Shown here in pieces: positions 1 through 12,830 of a stretch of 64,000 nucleotides of DNA. Both the position numbers and the translations under genes were made by a program. The DNA is taken from the NCBI GenBank assembly GCA_043228905.1, contig JBHGNT010000005.1, forward strand, positions 6,200,001-6,264,000. Reading direction: 5' to 3'. The notes beneath the pieces were generated by a model, which was not told the origin of the DNA, searched no databases, and saw only the letters and a program-made list of their open reading frames with translations. The number at the start of each line of letters is the position of its first letter. Position 1 is the first letter of the stretch. The DNA comes from Azolla caroliniana (taxonomy: Eukaryota > Plantae > Polypodiophyta).

Positions 1-1859
1 ATATTGTTTTGTACATGTAAACCCACTTTTTTTTACCCCTCGATTTTACCCATAATGTAGCTAAGTCTCATCTTTTTTAATGAGTCTCAATTCTTTTATC
101 TTTCATTTGTTCCTTTCAAGCCATCAAACACTTGGACCTTCCTAAAGGTTTGGAATTCTTTAATGGGTAATCTTTTTCAAACAAAAGAAGGATGCACACA
201 AAAATGATGGGAATTTATTATTGATAGAATTCATTAAATATTGGCAAAATTTGCCACCAAAAGCTTAAATTAGTCCCTCCAAAAAATGAAGTACACTTCA
301 TTATTTAAATTTTAGATTATACATTTAGACATATGTATAAATGAATGTGTGTATGCATCTATGATTATTCACGTATATATGAGTTTCAAATTTGAACATA
401 TTGCATGTATATAAAGGAAGACAGATGATTAATTAGCCCAAACCAATGTGATGTGATGGTGAAAGAGAAGTTTGAAGATTGTCCAATGGAAGTGAAAATT
501 AGATTGTGGCTTTCTCCCCATTCTCCATCTCCCTTTATAAAAATTGGCAACATGGTTTTTGGCTTAGCCCACTTTCCACAAAAACTTAGGTAATGAAATT
601 TTATTGTAGTTTAGATCATGCTTATTTGTTGTCACACTTTTTCTATGATGAAGTTCGCACCTCCCATCACTAGTCACAATAATGTGACCTTACTTTTCTT
701 TGAAACTGTTAAGTTTCTCTCATTGAATAGATACATTTTATTTTTTATTGTGGTTGCCAATGAAGTTTTGATACAACTATGGTTACTCTTGGGAGCAATA
801 TTCTTTTCGTGATTCACGTATTTCAAAGTTCCACATATGCCTTGTTTTCTTCTACACCAACTTTGATGCACATGCCTCATCACAAACATAAGATATCTTC
901 TTATTCTCCACGGCGAAGTTTTGCAGATGCATGTGTTGCAAATATTTATTTTGGAAAGTGATGTGAATCAACTCTAAAGCTACCTTATCAAGATGTTCAC
1001 TATTTGGAGAGTCACACCATTTTACCAATAACGTCACATTACTCTTGTTGTTTATTGTTGTTCACCTCCATGAAGAAGAGAGAAAATTTCAATCACCCAC
1101 GTGGTGTTGTTTTCCATGAGAACCATAGAACACATGTGTGATAAAATTTATTTGAACACATTTGTGACTATAGAGATGATACATAAACCAAAATGTTGCC
1201 ATGGAAGAGGAATGGACTACAAGATTATAGAGATGATACATCCAACTTGTATGATGATGTACCCATTTATAACAATTACAAATATAATTTAGTGGTGTGA
1301 AGTGAATAAACCAAAGAGACCTCTTTCATTGAGTTACATTTGATTGGTTGCATCATCATATAAAATCTTTGTTTAATAACCCATATGTCTATTAGTAACA
1401 TTTTCATCCACACAACTCCACAAGCTGGTTGTGTAATGACTTTACATGAAACTTTACTTTTGGTTATGACAACCACTGATTTCTTCTTTGAAATCCATGA
1501 AATTATTGTAATGTTGAATGAACACATTATTTCATTATGCTTTTTCATGATGCGTTGTCTATTGCCCAATTTGCAATTATCATGGATGGAAGAGAGACCA
1601 TAACTAGTCTTGTAAAGGTTAGGGCCTCTATGTTTGAAGAGTAATTTGAATCATAGCTATTACAAAATTAAAGTGTTAAAGTTGTTCCATATATGCATTG
1701 TCATTCAAATTACCATTTAAAAACTCACTTTTGACATCCAATTGATAAAGTTTTCAAAATTAACCAATTGCAAATGCAATTAAATATCTTATTCTAGTAT
1801 GGCTACTAAATTGGTTTGGAAAAAGCTTTTACATCTCTTGCATGAGGTTTATGGCTCTA

Positions 1860-2310
1860 GAGTATATAAAAATAGGGGGCAATGATGTGGGATGATATTA
1901 AGGGTGAGTACAAGATTATGAAAAAGAAAAGGTTAACTTTGCATTATATACAAGAGGTCGATATATTGAGGAAGTGTTGCCGTGTATGCATATTAATTCA
2001 GTACATAATGGGGTGGTTTGGGAGACGATTAATTCAATAACCATATGGGTTTTATGGACTAGTAGACATCGAAGGATATTTCAGCAAATTCAATGAAATA
2101 TTGTAGATGTAGTCAAGGAGATTTGGCTGGACCTTGGTGCATACACTAAAAGGAGAATCTGATGCTATCAAGGGTGATTATGATGTAGTCTTTCGAACGC
2201 AAGAGGTTTTTAAGAATAGATGGGAAAGGATGAATGTATTTTGCATGGTTAATGGTTGTATATGTTGGAGGTATAGGCCACCTCTCTGGGTATTTCCTCC
2301 ACCGACATGA
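1860..2310 (+). mobile_element. Degenerate LINE (L1-like) ORF2 3' fragment
   Basis: Its end (~2267-2310) reads WRYRPPLWVFPPPT*, which parallels WIYQPPRWLFPPRVP at the end of the minus-strand LINE fragment near 3396-3480. Boundaries are approximate. Confidence 0.4.
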
Positions 2311-3179
2311 GGCATGTGGCCATGTATAACTGTTCTTGGTAATGCTTTGGAAGATATGTTTGTCTATGATAGTCTAAGAGAAGTTGTAAAGGTAAAAATC
2401 TATGATGGAGTATCATGTAACTCGCTTAGATCTAATATAAACCATTGTCGGGAAAAAAATAAAAAATAAAAAATATCTTATTCTACACATTTTTGCAATG
2501 GGTGAAAATGTTTCCTTGTAATCCAAACCATATGTTATAGTCTTGTGAGACCATAAGTTTGTGGATAGACACTAGCTTTATATCTATCTATCGCACCATC
2601 ATAATCATAATTTACGTTATAAATCCATCTACAACCAATTAGATTCTGACCATAAACTCTCGACATTGATTTCTATGTACCTCTTTTCTTCAATGCATCC
2701 ATTTCTTGTTGCATTACCAACTCATACACAATACCTCATAATTACATCCTTGTGCATGTAAATATATTTGTATGCGAATATTAGGATATGAAGAACTAAA
2801 CAAGTGTAATTGTAAAATATCCCAAACCATACAAGAAGAGATGTTTGCATGCCAAAAATATTGTTAATAGTATCATACATATCACAAGTTTAACTCAATG
2901 GATAAAGCACATGTTCCCCAACATAAGGGGGAAGTATGGACCCTTTTCTATTGTGAATCACTTGTTTCTAAAGTTTGTAACAGTATGGTTGCATGTTGTA
3001 GATTGTGGCTTCAAAGTTATTAAAGTTTGTTTTGCATAGTGACAATTTGGAATATATTAAAATATTAGGATATAAAGAACTAAAATTAAAACTACTCTAG
3101 TGTGCATCATTTAGTATTTTTCTAATGTATAAAATATCAAACCGTATGCCAAGTAATGTTAGTTTTGCATAAGCTCTTT

Positions 3180-4862
3180 TTCTTTTTTTTTTCCCAAAAA
3201 AAATCTACTTCCATTAGTTAAGAAAAAGTACATGGGGTAATATACAACTCATATGTTACAAGCCACTTTGCATGGCTACTAGAAAACAACATGTATAAAT
3301 GAAGCAACAAAGCCTTAGCACAGAATTACTCGACAAAATCCCCACAACATGAGCCTCACACAACCCACATTCAGGAAAGACACCCTCCAATCTCTTCACA
3401 ATTCAACACCCACCTCTATGTTTGGTACCCTTGGAGGAAACAACCATCGGGGTGGTTGATAAATCCACTTTGCATTGCCATCCACTATCTGTAGCATCAG
3501 CGAACCCGTCCATTTAAGAAGGACGCGGTATCTAGTTTCTTCACTCGCATCAGAGAGCCCCTGAAAACCGTCAAACTTTCCTTGTGACGTAGAAATCAGA
3601 TTAAACCAAATCATCATTAAACTCTCAGCCCGATGGGGTTAGCTTCCTGGTAAACGACTCCTTGCACCTAGATACCCACACTTGCCAAACAATAAGGCCA
3701 ACCACTAAAAGCCAAATATCTACGTACCGTTCCTGTATGTAAAATGAACCTCCTTTAGCTGCAGGTTGTATAGTTCCATTCACCACCTTTAAAGAAGGAC
3801 TATTTCCATTCCACCCATGAAACCATGCAACCGATTCAGTAGCTAACCAAACAACTGTTGCACTTCATACATGAACTTCAACCCCGCATCAAGCCAGAAA
3901 TTTTAAGCTCCTCGTCCAAACTTCTTGGGCTCGCAGGCAGCTCCACAAACAATGTGCGATGTCCTCCAAACTCGCTCTATAGACCTTGCAATTACGCAGG
4001 CTACCCCTTTTCCCCAGTTCCATATCCTGCTCCTAGTTTTATCCACGAAGACCGAGTCGACAACTACATGGGCCCATTTGTTGACACACTTCTCATGATG
4101 CAAGCATAAATGTCTCCCCAAGTGAGTTGAGTAGTCAATGAAACCACGTGATTTACCTTGTTCGTCCCTCCATGTATATTCTACGGGAGCCCATTCTAAA
4201 CACTTGAGTGGCTTGCCTTCAACTACATACAAGATCCAATCCTCCTCAACCTCATCGACTGATGGATTCACCTTCCATTTCTTACCGTCTCGTGCCACAA
4301 TTTTAATCTGGGACTAGTGAGCACATGCAACTACTGATCCCAACTTGATGATCTTCCCATTCTTTCCTAGACCCTTGGCATTGATAACTTTTCCAGCATC
4401 ATCACATTGTCCAAACCATTCACCCTCTTCCCCATTACTAATAAGAACAGAGTAAACAACTTTATCGACTAGCTCAACCATCTTCTTGCCATTTTTGAAC
4501 TTTCTCGTGTCTCCATATAATTTATCCTGATTACTAGGGGACAACTGCATCCAATTTGCCATTGACTGAATCCTAACACTATGCAATATAGCCCACCACA
4601 TACCCTTGCTCTGGCCAAGTATCTTCCCCTCGGTCGACTTTAAGGTCTCGTTCCACAATAGGGGTTGGTGCATCCATTTAGCATTAGTACTTGGACCTAT
4701 ACTGTTAAGTGGCCCACGGACCATACCCCACGCCTTCGTCAGTGACATACATGTGCGATCAACCAATCGATTAGATTTCCTAAGCTTTAAGTCCATACAA
4801 AATAGCCATGATTTATGTGGCTTCCAATGCTCACCAAGTCGTGGACTCCAAAGGATGCTCCT
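3180..4862 (-). mobile_element. L1-like LINE ORF2 C-terminal fragment, interrupted at 4863 by LTR sequence
   Basis: Broken Trp-rich minus-strand ORFs 4314-4796, 3903-4298 and 3396-3617 have the character of plant L1 ORF2 C-termini. The T-run near 3177-3192 could be the poly(A) tail. Confidence 0.5.
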
Positions 4863-5301
4863 TGTTACCGGCCGGCAAAGGAGTCCAGAGTGGGAAACGG
4901 AGGAGTTAATTAATTATTAGGAATGGTTGTAAGTAAGCTATTAGTGTGGACGAACGGACCAGAATCGGTATGCCGTTCCGGATCTGGACCGATCCCGAAC
5001 AGGTGCGGATGGCACCGTTTTGTACTACAGATCGGAAACCTATTTAAAGGCCCGGATACAATGTAATGAGCAGCGGTTAATTAATAAAGCTTAATGTTTT
5101 TATCTCTGTGTGTGTTAATTGCCGTTCTGCATTCATCGTTATATCTTACGCGTGTGATCATTAAGGACGATCTTGCTAAGTAACCTAATTAAGGCGGATT
5201 AATCGTTGACGCATAATCCTCTTGCCGTAACACCCCTTTGGTGAAGTGTCTTCCGTAGACACCCTGTGTTAGGCCATTGTCCGGCCCTAAGAGTTAACAC
5301 A
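4863..5301 (+). repeat. 5' LTR region of the Gypsy element (alternative end at 5232)
   Basis: Starts TGTTACCGGC and has TATA-like TATTTAAA at 5041. Possible ends are GCCGTAACA (5232) or TAACA/CA (5299-5301), the latter just before the putative PBS. Confidence 0.65.
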
Positions 5302-6966
5302 GTTTTTGGCGACCACGATTCCTGTTGTTGCAACGAACGACGGCACAGATGGATGACTAGATCAACGCACGACCTGGTTACAGATCGAACTCGATGCCTT
5401 GCCGAAAGGCAAAGGAGACGTGAGGCTTTCCAGCAAGCGACGCAGGAAATTAGAGCGGATCGCTCATTTTCCAACGTAATCTGGAGAGTAGCGGAGGACT
5501 CCCTCTGGTTACAGCAAACATCGCACCTGGACGACGGCAATAGCCTAAGCAGCCTCCGGGAAACCGAATCCCTTCTCCAGGCGTTGGCAAACAGAGAAGG
5601 CGAAGTAGAAGCCTTTTCAGCGTATGAATCGGATTCCGAAGGGGAATACAACGTGTACACGAACTACCGTAGCAGCAATGAAACCCCGGGCGGACCGAAG
5701 GACGAAGGATCAGACACCTTACCGACACCGGAACCAGAAGTGCTAAGGCTGGAACCTCCGGAACCAACAGAGGAAGAGCGACCTCTGACACCAGAAGTCG
5801 AGGAGGAGAGGTCGCCGTCACCAAAAGAAGAGGAAAGACCACCGACGCCAGAGAAAAACCAGGAACGACCACCAACACCGCCAGCCCGCGCACCGATACC
5901 GGACGACGACATGCCGTTCCAGTACTCCAAGTATAGAGATGATCCGGACGCGGAAGCTCATGTTCACGCCTTTGAACAGACATGGGAAGCAAGCCATGTG
6001 TCCCAACGATTGACCCCGGAGGAAGAGGAACGCTCTAAGATAGCGGAATTTGGCGTCACATTGGAGGGACTGGCAACAAGATGGCGTCGGACGCAGGACC
6101 CGTCTACCATCACCACCTTTGCAGATTTAAAAGCTAAATTCTTGCATTTTTTCCAAAAGGAGGTGGACCAGACAGTAATGGTGGGCTTATTTTATACCAT
6201 CCGACAGGAGGCAGGGGAGAGCATTCCCCAGTTTGTCATCCGGTTTCAATGGATGCATAGTCAGCTTGCCCGCGCACCCCCAGAGGAGGAATTATGGACG
6301 ATATTCCTAAATGCGCTCCGGGTGAGAGAGATGGAAAAGACAAGCTCCTGGCTCACACTTGGAGCACTCCAACGGGCGTTACCGTCCGATGAAGACCTCC
6401 GGTTTCGGCAAGCAATACAGTGCACGGTTTGCACGGTAATTGACTTCCGCGCAAGTACCATCGACCAAGTCATTGACCGGGTGAGAGAGATGGAAAAGAC
6501 AAGCTCCTGGCTCACACTTGGAGCACTCCAACGGGCGTTACCGTCCAATGAAGACCTCCGGTTTCGGCAAGCAATACAGTGCACAACCTGCTTGAATTCC
6601 GGACACTCGGCACTAGAATGCACTATGAGGATGCAATGTGTAATCTGTCAATCCAAGGGCCATACGACGGATAGGTGCGAGTATAATCTATTGAACCGGC
6701 AAGCATCGCCCGTCCGACAAATAGAGCCACGCAGCAGCCGGGATGAAGAAGAGGAACGCTGGCGGCGAATGGACCATGACCGACCGGCACAGGATGTCCG
6801 GTATGCCGATCGACGGGAGAATGATGTCCGGTATGGTGATCGACGGGATAACTATGACCAACATGATAGATATGATCGGTACCGGGATTACAATAGACGA
6901 TACGAACATTACGACCGGGAGCACTCCCCCGGGTCGTCAGCAACGGGAGGAATACGACAAATATAA
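5266..6966 (+). pseudogene. Gypsy gag (retrotransposon gag domain plus zinc knuckles)
   Basis: Pro/Glu-rich linker, gag core (DAEAHVHAFE...RQEAGESIPQFVIRF), and knuckles CTTCLNSGHSALEC and CVICQSKGHTTDRC. Frameshift near the C-run at ~6925. Confidence 0.85.
5307..5316 (+). promoter_or_regulatory. Putative primer-binding site (tRNA-Arg-like)
   Basis: TGGCGACCAC is complementary to a tRNA 3' end GUGGUCGCCA. It follows CA plus a 5-nt spacer, as in Athila-type elements. Confidence 0.55.
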
Positions 6967-9900
6967 TGACCAACCTCGTCAAGAGTACCGCAATAAGAAG
7001 AACTATAACAAAAAACGACATTTCAAAAAAGGCGGCTACCCATGGGATCCGGAACAAGGATCTTCAAGCAGCCAACTGGCCCAAAATCCCGCACTTACCA
7101 CGGGACCTGCCTCGGGTACAACAGACAACGCTGAATCCAGCAATACCCGGAAAGCCTACTGCTACTATTGCCGACAGGAAGGCCATTATAGTAATCAATG
7201 CGCGGCGAAGAGCTATGACAAACGACCGGTAGTAAATATGGTAGTCCCTGAAGTGGTAGATCTACAGCAGGTGACCACAAGGTCGAAGGGCATGGCCAAG
7301 GAATGGGAGACGCAGGAGACCATTCGGAAGCAAGCGACGGAATGGGTGAAGAAATCAAACGAGCAAAATGTCACAGACTTACAACGGCAAAAGGAGAACA
7401 CTGTAGGGCTTGCCGGCGGCAGTCCCTCCAAGAACGAGACATGGCAGGCATTGCAAGAATGCGAGATTACGCTGCCACTAGGAAGACTCCTACAGCTCGT
7501 GCCGAGATTCACGGAAGGACTGAAGACAGCCATGACGGAAGGAGAATCATCACCGGCACCGGTACTCTTCTCGAATCCGGAGGAGGGACCAACGGTGGTG
7601 GACACCAACAATCCGGTAATTATTGCCATTATAAAAGGGAAAGCACTCCCCGGCACAGTAATAGACAGAGGCTCCGGGGTGAATGTAATAAGCCTCCGGA
7701 CGTGTGATGCCCTAGGAATCCACGAGTGGGAGCCGTGTCCGTTCTGGTTACGGATGACCGATACAAGCTCAGTGCGGCCGATAGGATTAATACGAAAATT
7801 AGAAGTCACCGTTGGCGGTCATACATTTCACATCTCGGCAGTAGTGCTACAATTACAGGCACAAGGCGCATACCCGCTATTGCTGGGGCGGCCGTGGTTG
7901 AAAACGGCACATATCAAACAAAATTGGAGGAAAAATATAATTACCTTCCGGCGAGGAAAAGCCAAGGTACGGGTACCAACACAGCCAAGGACGAGCACTG
8001 GCAAAGAATGTACACCGTTGTATGCAGAGTGTGTCAACATGCTAGAAGGGTTAGCTGACGAAGAAGAAGCTCATTACTTGCAGGAAAACCCGAAGATCGT
8101 ACCCCTCTTCGAAATTGACATTGCCGAAGTAGTAGCACCATACTTACCGCAACCGGAAAAGACTGAAGCAGAACCGGATAAAGACGCAATCCGAGAGTTA
8201 CGGCAAGCGCAAGAAGCGTTGGAACGGGAAATGGTCGTTTCACAGCGCGTAAAAGCGTCGCAACTTGAAGAGGTGAACCTAGGGACCACGGACGAAGCAA
8301 AACCGGTGCACATCGCCAAGGAGATGAAGTCCGAAGACAAAACGACGATGATTACACTTCTCACGGAATTTCGCGACGTGTTCACCTTGTCATACGAAGA
8401 CATGCGAGGGCTCGACCCTCAATTATACCAGCATTAGATTCACTTGAGCAAGGACGCAAAACCAGTGGCACAGAGACGGTACTAGATGAATCCAATTATG
8501 CCGCCAAAGTCAAGGAGGAAATCGACAAACTGCTAAGAGTGGGCTTAAATTATCCGTCTGGTAAAGAAAGCGACATGGCTGAGCCCGATCGTAGTCGTAC
8601 CGAAGAAGAACGGAAAAATTCGAGTTTGTGTGGACTACCAGAAACTCAATGCGGCTACGATAACGGATGCGTTTCCACTTCCGTTCACAGATGGAGTGTT
8701 GGATGTCGTTGCCGGCCATGAGGTCTATAGCTTTCTAGACAGATTCAGTGGGTATAATCAGATCCGGATGCACCCCGACGACCAAGAGAAAACGACTTTC
8801 GTCACCGAATGGGGGGTGTTCGTGGTCGTGGTGATGATGTTCGGACTCAAAACGGCACCGGCAACATTTCAACGAATCATCATGGAAATCTTTGGTGAAT
8901 ATATCTCGGCTTTTATGCAGGTTTTCCTTGACGATTTCGCCGTCTATAGCCGGGAGGAGGACCATTTTCAGCACCTCCGTCTTTGTCTAGAAAAGTGTAG
9001 AGCATACTGGCTAAGCTTGAATCCGGCGAAGTGTGTATTTGGCGTGTCCAATGGAACCTTACTTGGACATATTGTGAGCCAGGAAGGCATTGCAGTCGAC
9101 CCAGACAAAGTGAAAACCATATTAGAAGCACCGGCGCCGGCAATGGCAAAGGCATTGAGCCGGTTCTTAGGCCAGATCCGGTGGCACAACCGGATGCTCC
9201 GAAACTTGGCCGACCTGGCTACACCGTTGCATGCCGCCGTACATCGAAAACCATTCCTGTTACGGGCATGACCATATAATATCCCGTGGTAAGAATTTAC
9301 CGTAGTAATCTATACACGTGGATAAGTGTGAGGGTTAAATGAGAGTGTAAAGAAGAGGAGGATTACTTTTAATCCTCGGGATTGAGACAACCCATTAGGT
9401 CAAGTGTGAACTTGCCTGGGGGCCTTGGGTATCGCTATAAATAAGAGGTCTAGCTACCCTCATTTGATCATCTTTTGACTACATCGAGACTCTGCTCGTG
9501 TGGTGGGTCAACTCTTGTAGCGAGCGCGCCAGCACCAGGTACGACTCGACGCCACGGCGGTGGTATGGGACGCCGATCGAGGCTCGAGTCCGTCTCGATC
9601 CCTTCGCTCGGGGGTGGTCGGGTGGATCGGCACCCTTCTTTCTCTTTCTCCTTTCTATCTTTCAATTCTTTATCCTTATCTTAAGCTTACATTAGTATCT
9701 AGATCTATAATAATTCCGGTGGACCGACACCGAGGATAGGGCGTATAGGGCCCTCAAGGTACTATTGTCGCAAGCACCGGTAGTGCAGCCTCCGGATTGG
9801 AGTAGAGAATTTCATGTATTCGTGGACGCCTCCGACATCGCAATCAGAAGCGTGCAGCTTACGGAGCCAAAGTGGTACCGGCCAGTGTACTATGCCAGCC

Positions 9901-11673
9901 GAAAGCTATCCCAAGCGGAACGGAACTACTCTACCACGGAACGGGAAGCTCTAGGGATGATCTACAGTGTGACAAAGTTTCGGCATTATTTATTGGGAAG
10001 GAAGTTTTCCTTCCATGTAGATCATTTGGCACTCCTTTACCTGGTGTCCAAGGCGTCACTCACAGGTAAGTTGGCCCGGTGGACCTTATTGTTACAGGAA
10101 TTCGAGTTCGAAATATTCCACCGACCCGGTATACAGCATGCTGTAGCGGATTACTTAAGCCGATTAGAGTCTGGAGAGACGGGTGACGGAGTAGCGGACG
10201 AGTTTCCGGATGCGGAGCTGTTTCGAGTCACTACGGAAACGACAACAGATGAGACGGTGGCACAGGAAGACAAGTGGCTCACAAATATGCACTAGTTTTT
10301 GAGCACAGGATTGCCTCCGGAAGAGATGAATCGGGACGAAAGGAAACGCTTGGCGGTGCAAAGCCGACATTTCTGCTTACTGCGAGACACACTTTACCAC
10401 AAGGGCGCGGACGGCATATGGAGACGGGCTGTGCGCAACGATGAAAAGGACCTCATACTGAGGGAAGCCCACTGCGGAGTTGCTGGAGGTCACTATGCCG
10501 GAGATGCGACGGCCATGGCAAAGTGGCCTATGGTGGCCAACTACATTAAGAGATGTTGTACGGTACGCAAAAGAATGTGACCTATGCCAGCGAATGGGCC
10601 AGCCAACAGAGCAGGCTCGGATGCCACACCAGCCTGTACTACCATTCGAGCCATTCCAGAAGTGGGGGCTGGACTTTGTTGGACCGTTCAAACCACCGGC
10701 AATGAGAACAGGTAATCAGTATGTCATCGTCGCGACGGATTACTGCACGAAATGGGTGGAGGCCAAAGCCTTAAGAGACAACACCGCTGCGTCAACGGTA
10801 AAATTTCTATACGAATACATCTGGTGCCGTTACGGATGCCCAATCGAATTAATAAGCGACCAAGGGGGGCACTTTCTCGGTCAAGTAGTTGAAAGCCTGA
10901 TGACATTCTATGCCGTTGTCCATAAACGGAGCACACCATATTATCCGCAAGCAAACGGGTTAGCTGAATCGACGAACAAAACGCTCCAGAATATCCTCCG
11001 AAAGATCGTCAACGAAAACCGAACGGATTGGGATACCAAGCTACATAGCGCGCTTTGGGCATACCGGACAACATATAAAACGAGCATCCGAACAACACCG
11101 TTCCGGTTAGCGTTTAGACTAGAGGTGGTAATGCCGATGGAATTCCAAGTACCCAGCTTACGGATCCAGCTACGGGAAAGGCTGAACGAGAAGGAGTCGG
11201 AGGCAATACGGTTAACAACGTTGTGTGAACTCGAGGAACAACGACTGGCAAGCATCCTGCACTTAGAATTGGAACAACGACGACGGAAAGCATTTGTCGA
11301 CCGACATAGGAAAGGAAATGAAAAAATGTTCGCAATCGGCAAGCCGGTGTTAGTATTTCAGACCTGGATGGGCAAGATGCCGGGTAAACTACGGTTTAGA
11401 TGGACCGGCCTGTATTGGCTGACACATGAGTATAATGGGTCCTACCAGTTAGGGACACTTGCCGGCGAAGTGCTAGGCAAATGGGTCAACGGATTCCGAT
11501 TGAAGCCATATAGAGGACCGATGCCCAAAAACCCATTTGAGCAAAGGACCGACACCGGTGCGGAAACAACAACCTATGAGGGAAACGGCAACCACCAAGA
11601 GGGCAGAGACGGCGAGCCGGTAACTGGGGAGAATGAGGCCGGTAAGGGTCCGATAGGACCAACAGACAAGTAA
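6925..11673 (+). pseudogene. Gypsy gag tail and pol (protease, RT, RNase H, integrase), disrupted
   Basis: ORFs 6743-8437, 8630-9271, 9765-10295, 10299-10580 and 10480-11673. Disrupted by stops (8435, 10293), frameshifts and a solo-LTR insertion at 9258-9712. Confidence 0.9.
9258..9712 (+). mobile_element. Solo LTR inserted in the Gypsy RT-RH linker
   Basis: Termini TGTTAC...ATAATA, perfect 5-bp TSD ATTCC (9253-9257 and 9713-9717), TATAAATA at ~9436. Removing it restores the reading HRKPFRWTDTEDRAYRALKVLLSQAP. Confidence 0.9.
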
Positions 11674-12013
11674 CCTGACAGTAACATTTAAATAATAAAT
11701 AAATAAACGAAGTAATCATGCAAAAGCGAGGTATGAATGGACGAGAGAGCGAGGAGCGAAAAGGTACGTAGTGGGCATTTAAGTGCCACCACAGGACATA
11801 ATGCTATTTTAGTACACGACGTGCACACACTCAAAAAGGCGCCAGAATGCACAGAGAAAAACCACTGCGCGTGGAGAGCCTCTACTTTCGCGAACCCAGG
11901 AGCACAGAAGCACCAAGGCGTTGGAAGATCATCAGACGAGAACCTACGCACAGAGAACCCCCGCTCTTTGAACTCTCTCTCTCTCTCAATCTCACTCTCA
12001 TCACCATCCAACC

Positions 12014-12830
12014 TTGCCACCACAATCCGACCTCGACACAGACATGGACCCGCAAACGTTGTCGGAAGTCACCAAGAAATGGCTAAAGCAACACGGGCTC
12101 GAGGGCTTCTTGATGATTATGGAGGTACCGCCACACAAAGAAGCCGACAAGGTGATCAAAGAAATCGACACAGAGGTCATAATGGGGGAGGCGATCCGTG
12201 CGTTAACAGGCCTTCCGGAGGGAGGCATACTCACGATTGACAATCCGACCTCGGAGCAACTCATCAAGTATTTTGGTGAGTACTCCCTAGCTAGCAAGGG
12301 CTACCGGACACAGGGCAGCAGAGATATGCCGTTCCACGAGATTGCTCGTGTGCTCCACGAATACGGCCATGTGTACCCTAGACCCCCTGTCATGCCGCAG
12401 AACCGGGCAAGGATGATCATCGCCACCTATGAAGGGATCAAGGTGGATTGGCCGGTATTGATCGCAGACGGTTTGTGTGCGGCGATCAAGATCGTTAGAG
12501 GCAAAGATAGCAAAGAAGGCTGAGACGGACAGAGGATATGGCACGCAGTAACGCAGTGGCTCACCTTGCTTGTGGCACCCGTCGAGCGCGTCGAGCCCAA
12601 GAAGCAGGGAAGAGTGGCGGACGGCACCCCAAAGACTGCTTCCAAAAGACAACAGTTGTTGGCCTCTAAGGCCACTAAGGGGAAGGCGGCGGACGCAGAA
12701 CAGGCGGGAAAGGAGAGCGCTAGCCGGAAGCGGCCTACGGATGCCCAGGAGGAACCACTGGTACGGCCCGTAAAGGTTACACTCCGTCGACCAGTGAATA
12801 GAGAAGCGGACCCCTTGGCGGCAAAACTCA
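12014..12830 (+). pseudogene. Extra (env-position) ORF of the Gypsy element, function unknown
   Basis: ORFs 12014-12523 and 12566 onward share one frame, separated by a single TGA (12521-12523). GC-rich and coding-like, with a GIKVDWPVLI motif reminiscent of plant retrotransposon accessory ORFs. Confidence 0.6.

Larger units (their letters stand above)
4863..12830 (+). mobile_element. Ty3/Gypsy LTR retrotransposon (non-chromovirus, Athila/Tat-like), decayed, with no cognate 3' LTR
   Basis: Domain order is gag-PR-RT-RH-INT plus an extra ORF. It has CCHC knuckles, protease VIDRGSGVN, RT FLDD, RH FHVFVDASD...YSTTEREAL, and integrase zinc finger and rve core. Confidence 0.93.

Noticed and set aside
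6900-6970. Programmed ribosomal frameshift between the gag and pol ORFs
   Set aside because: The shift falls within a continuous low-complexity gag region at a C-run, in an element with many other lesions; a mutation is more likely.
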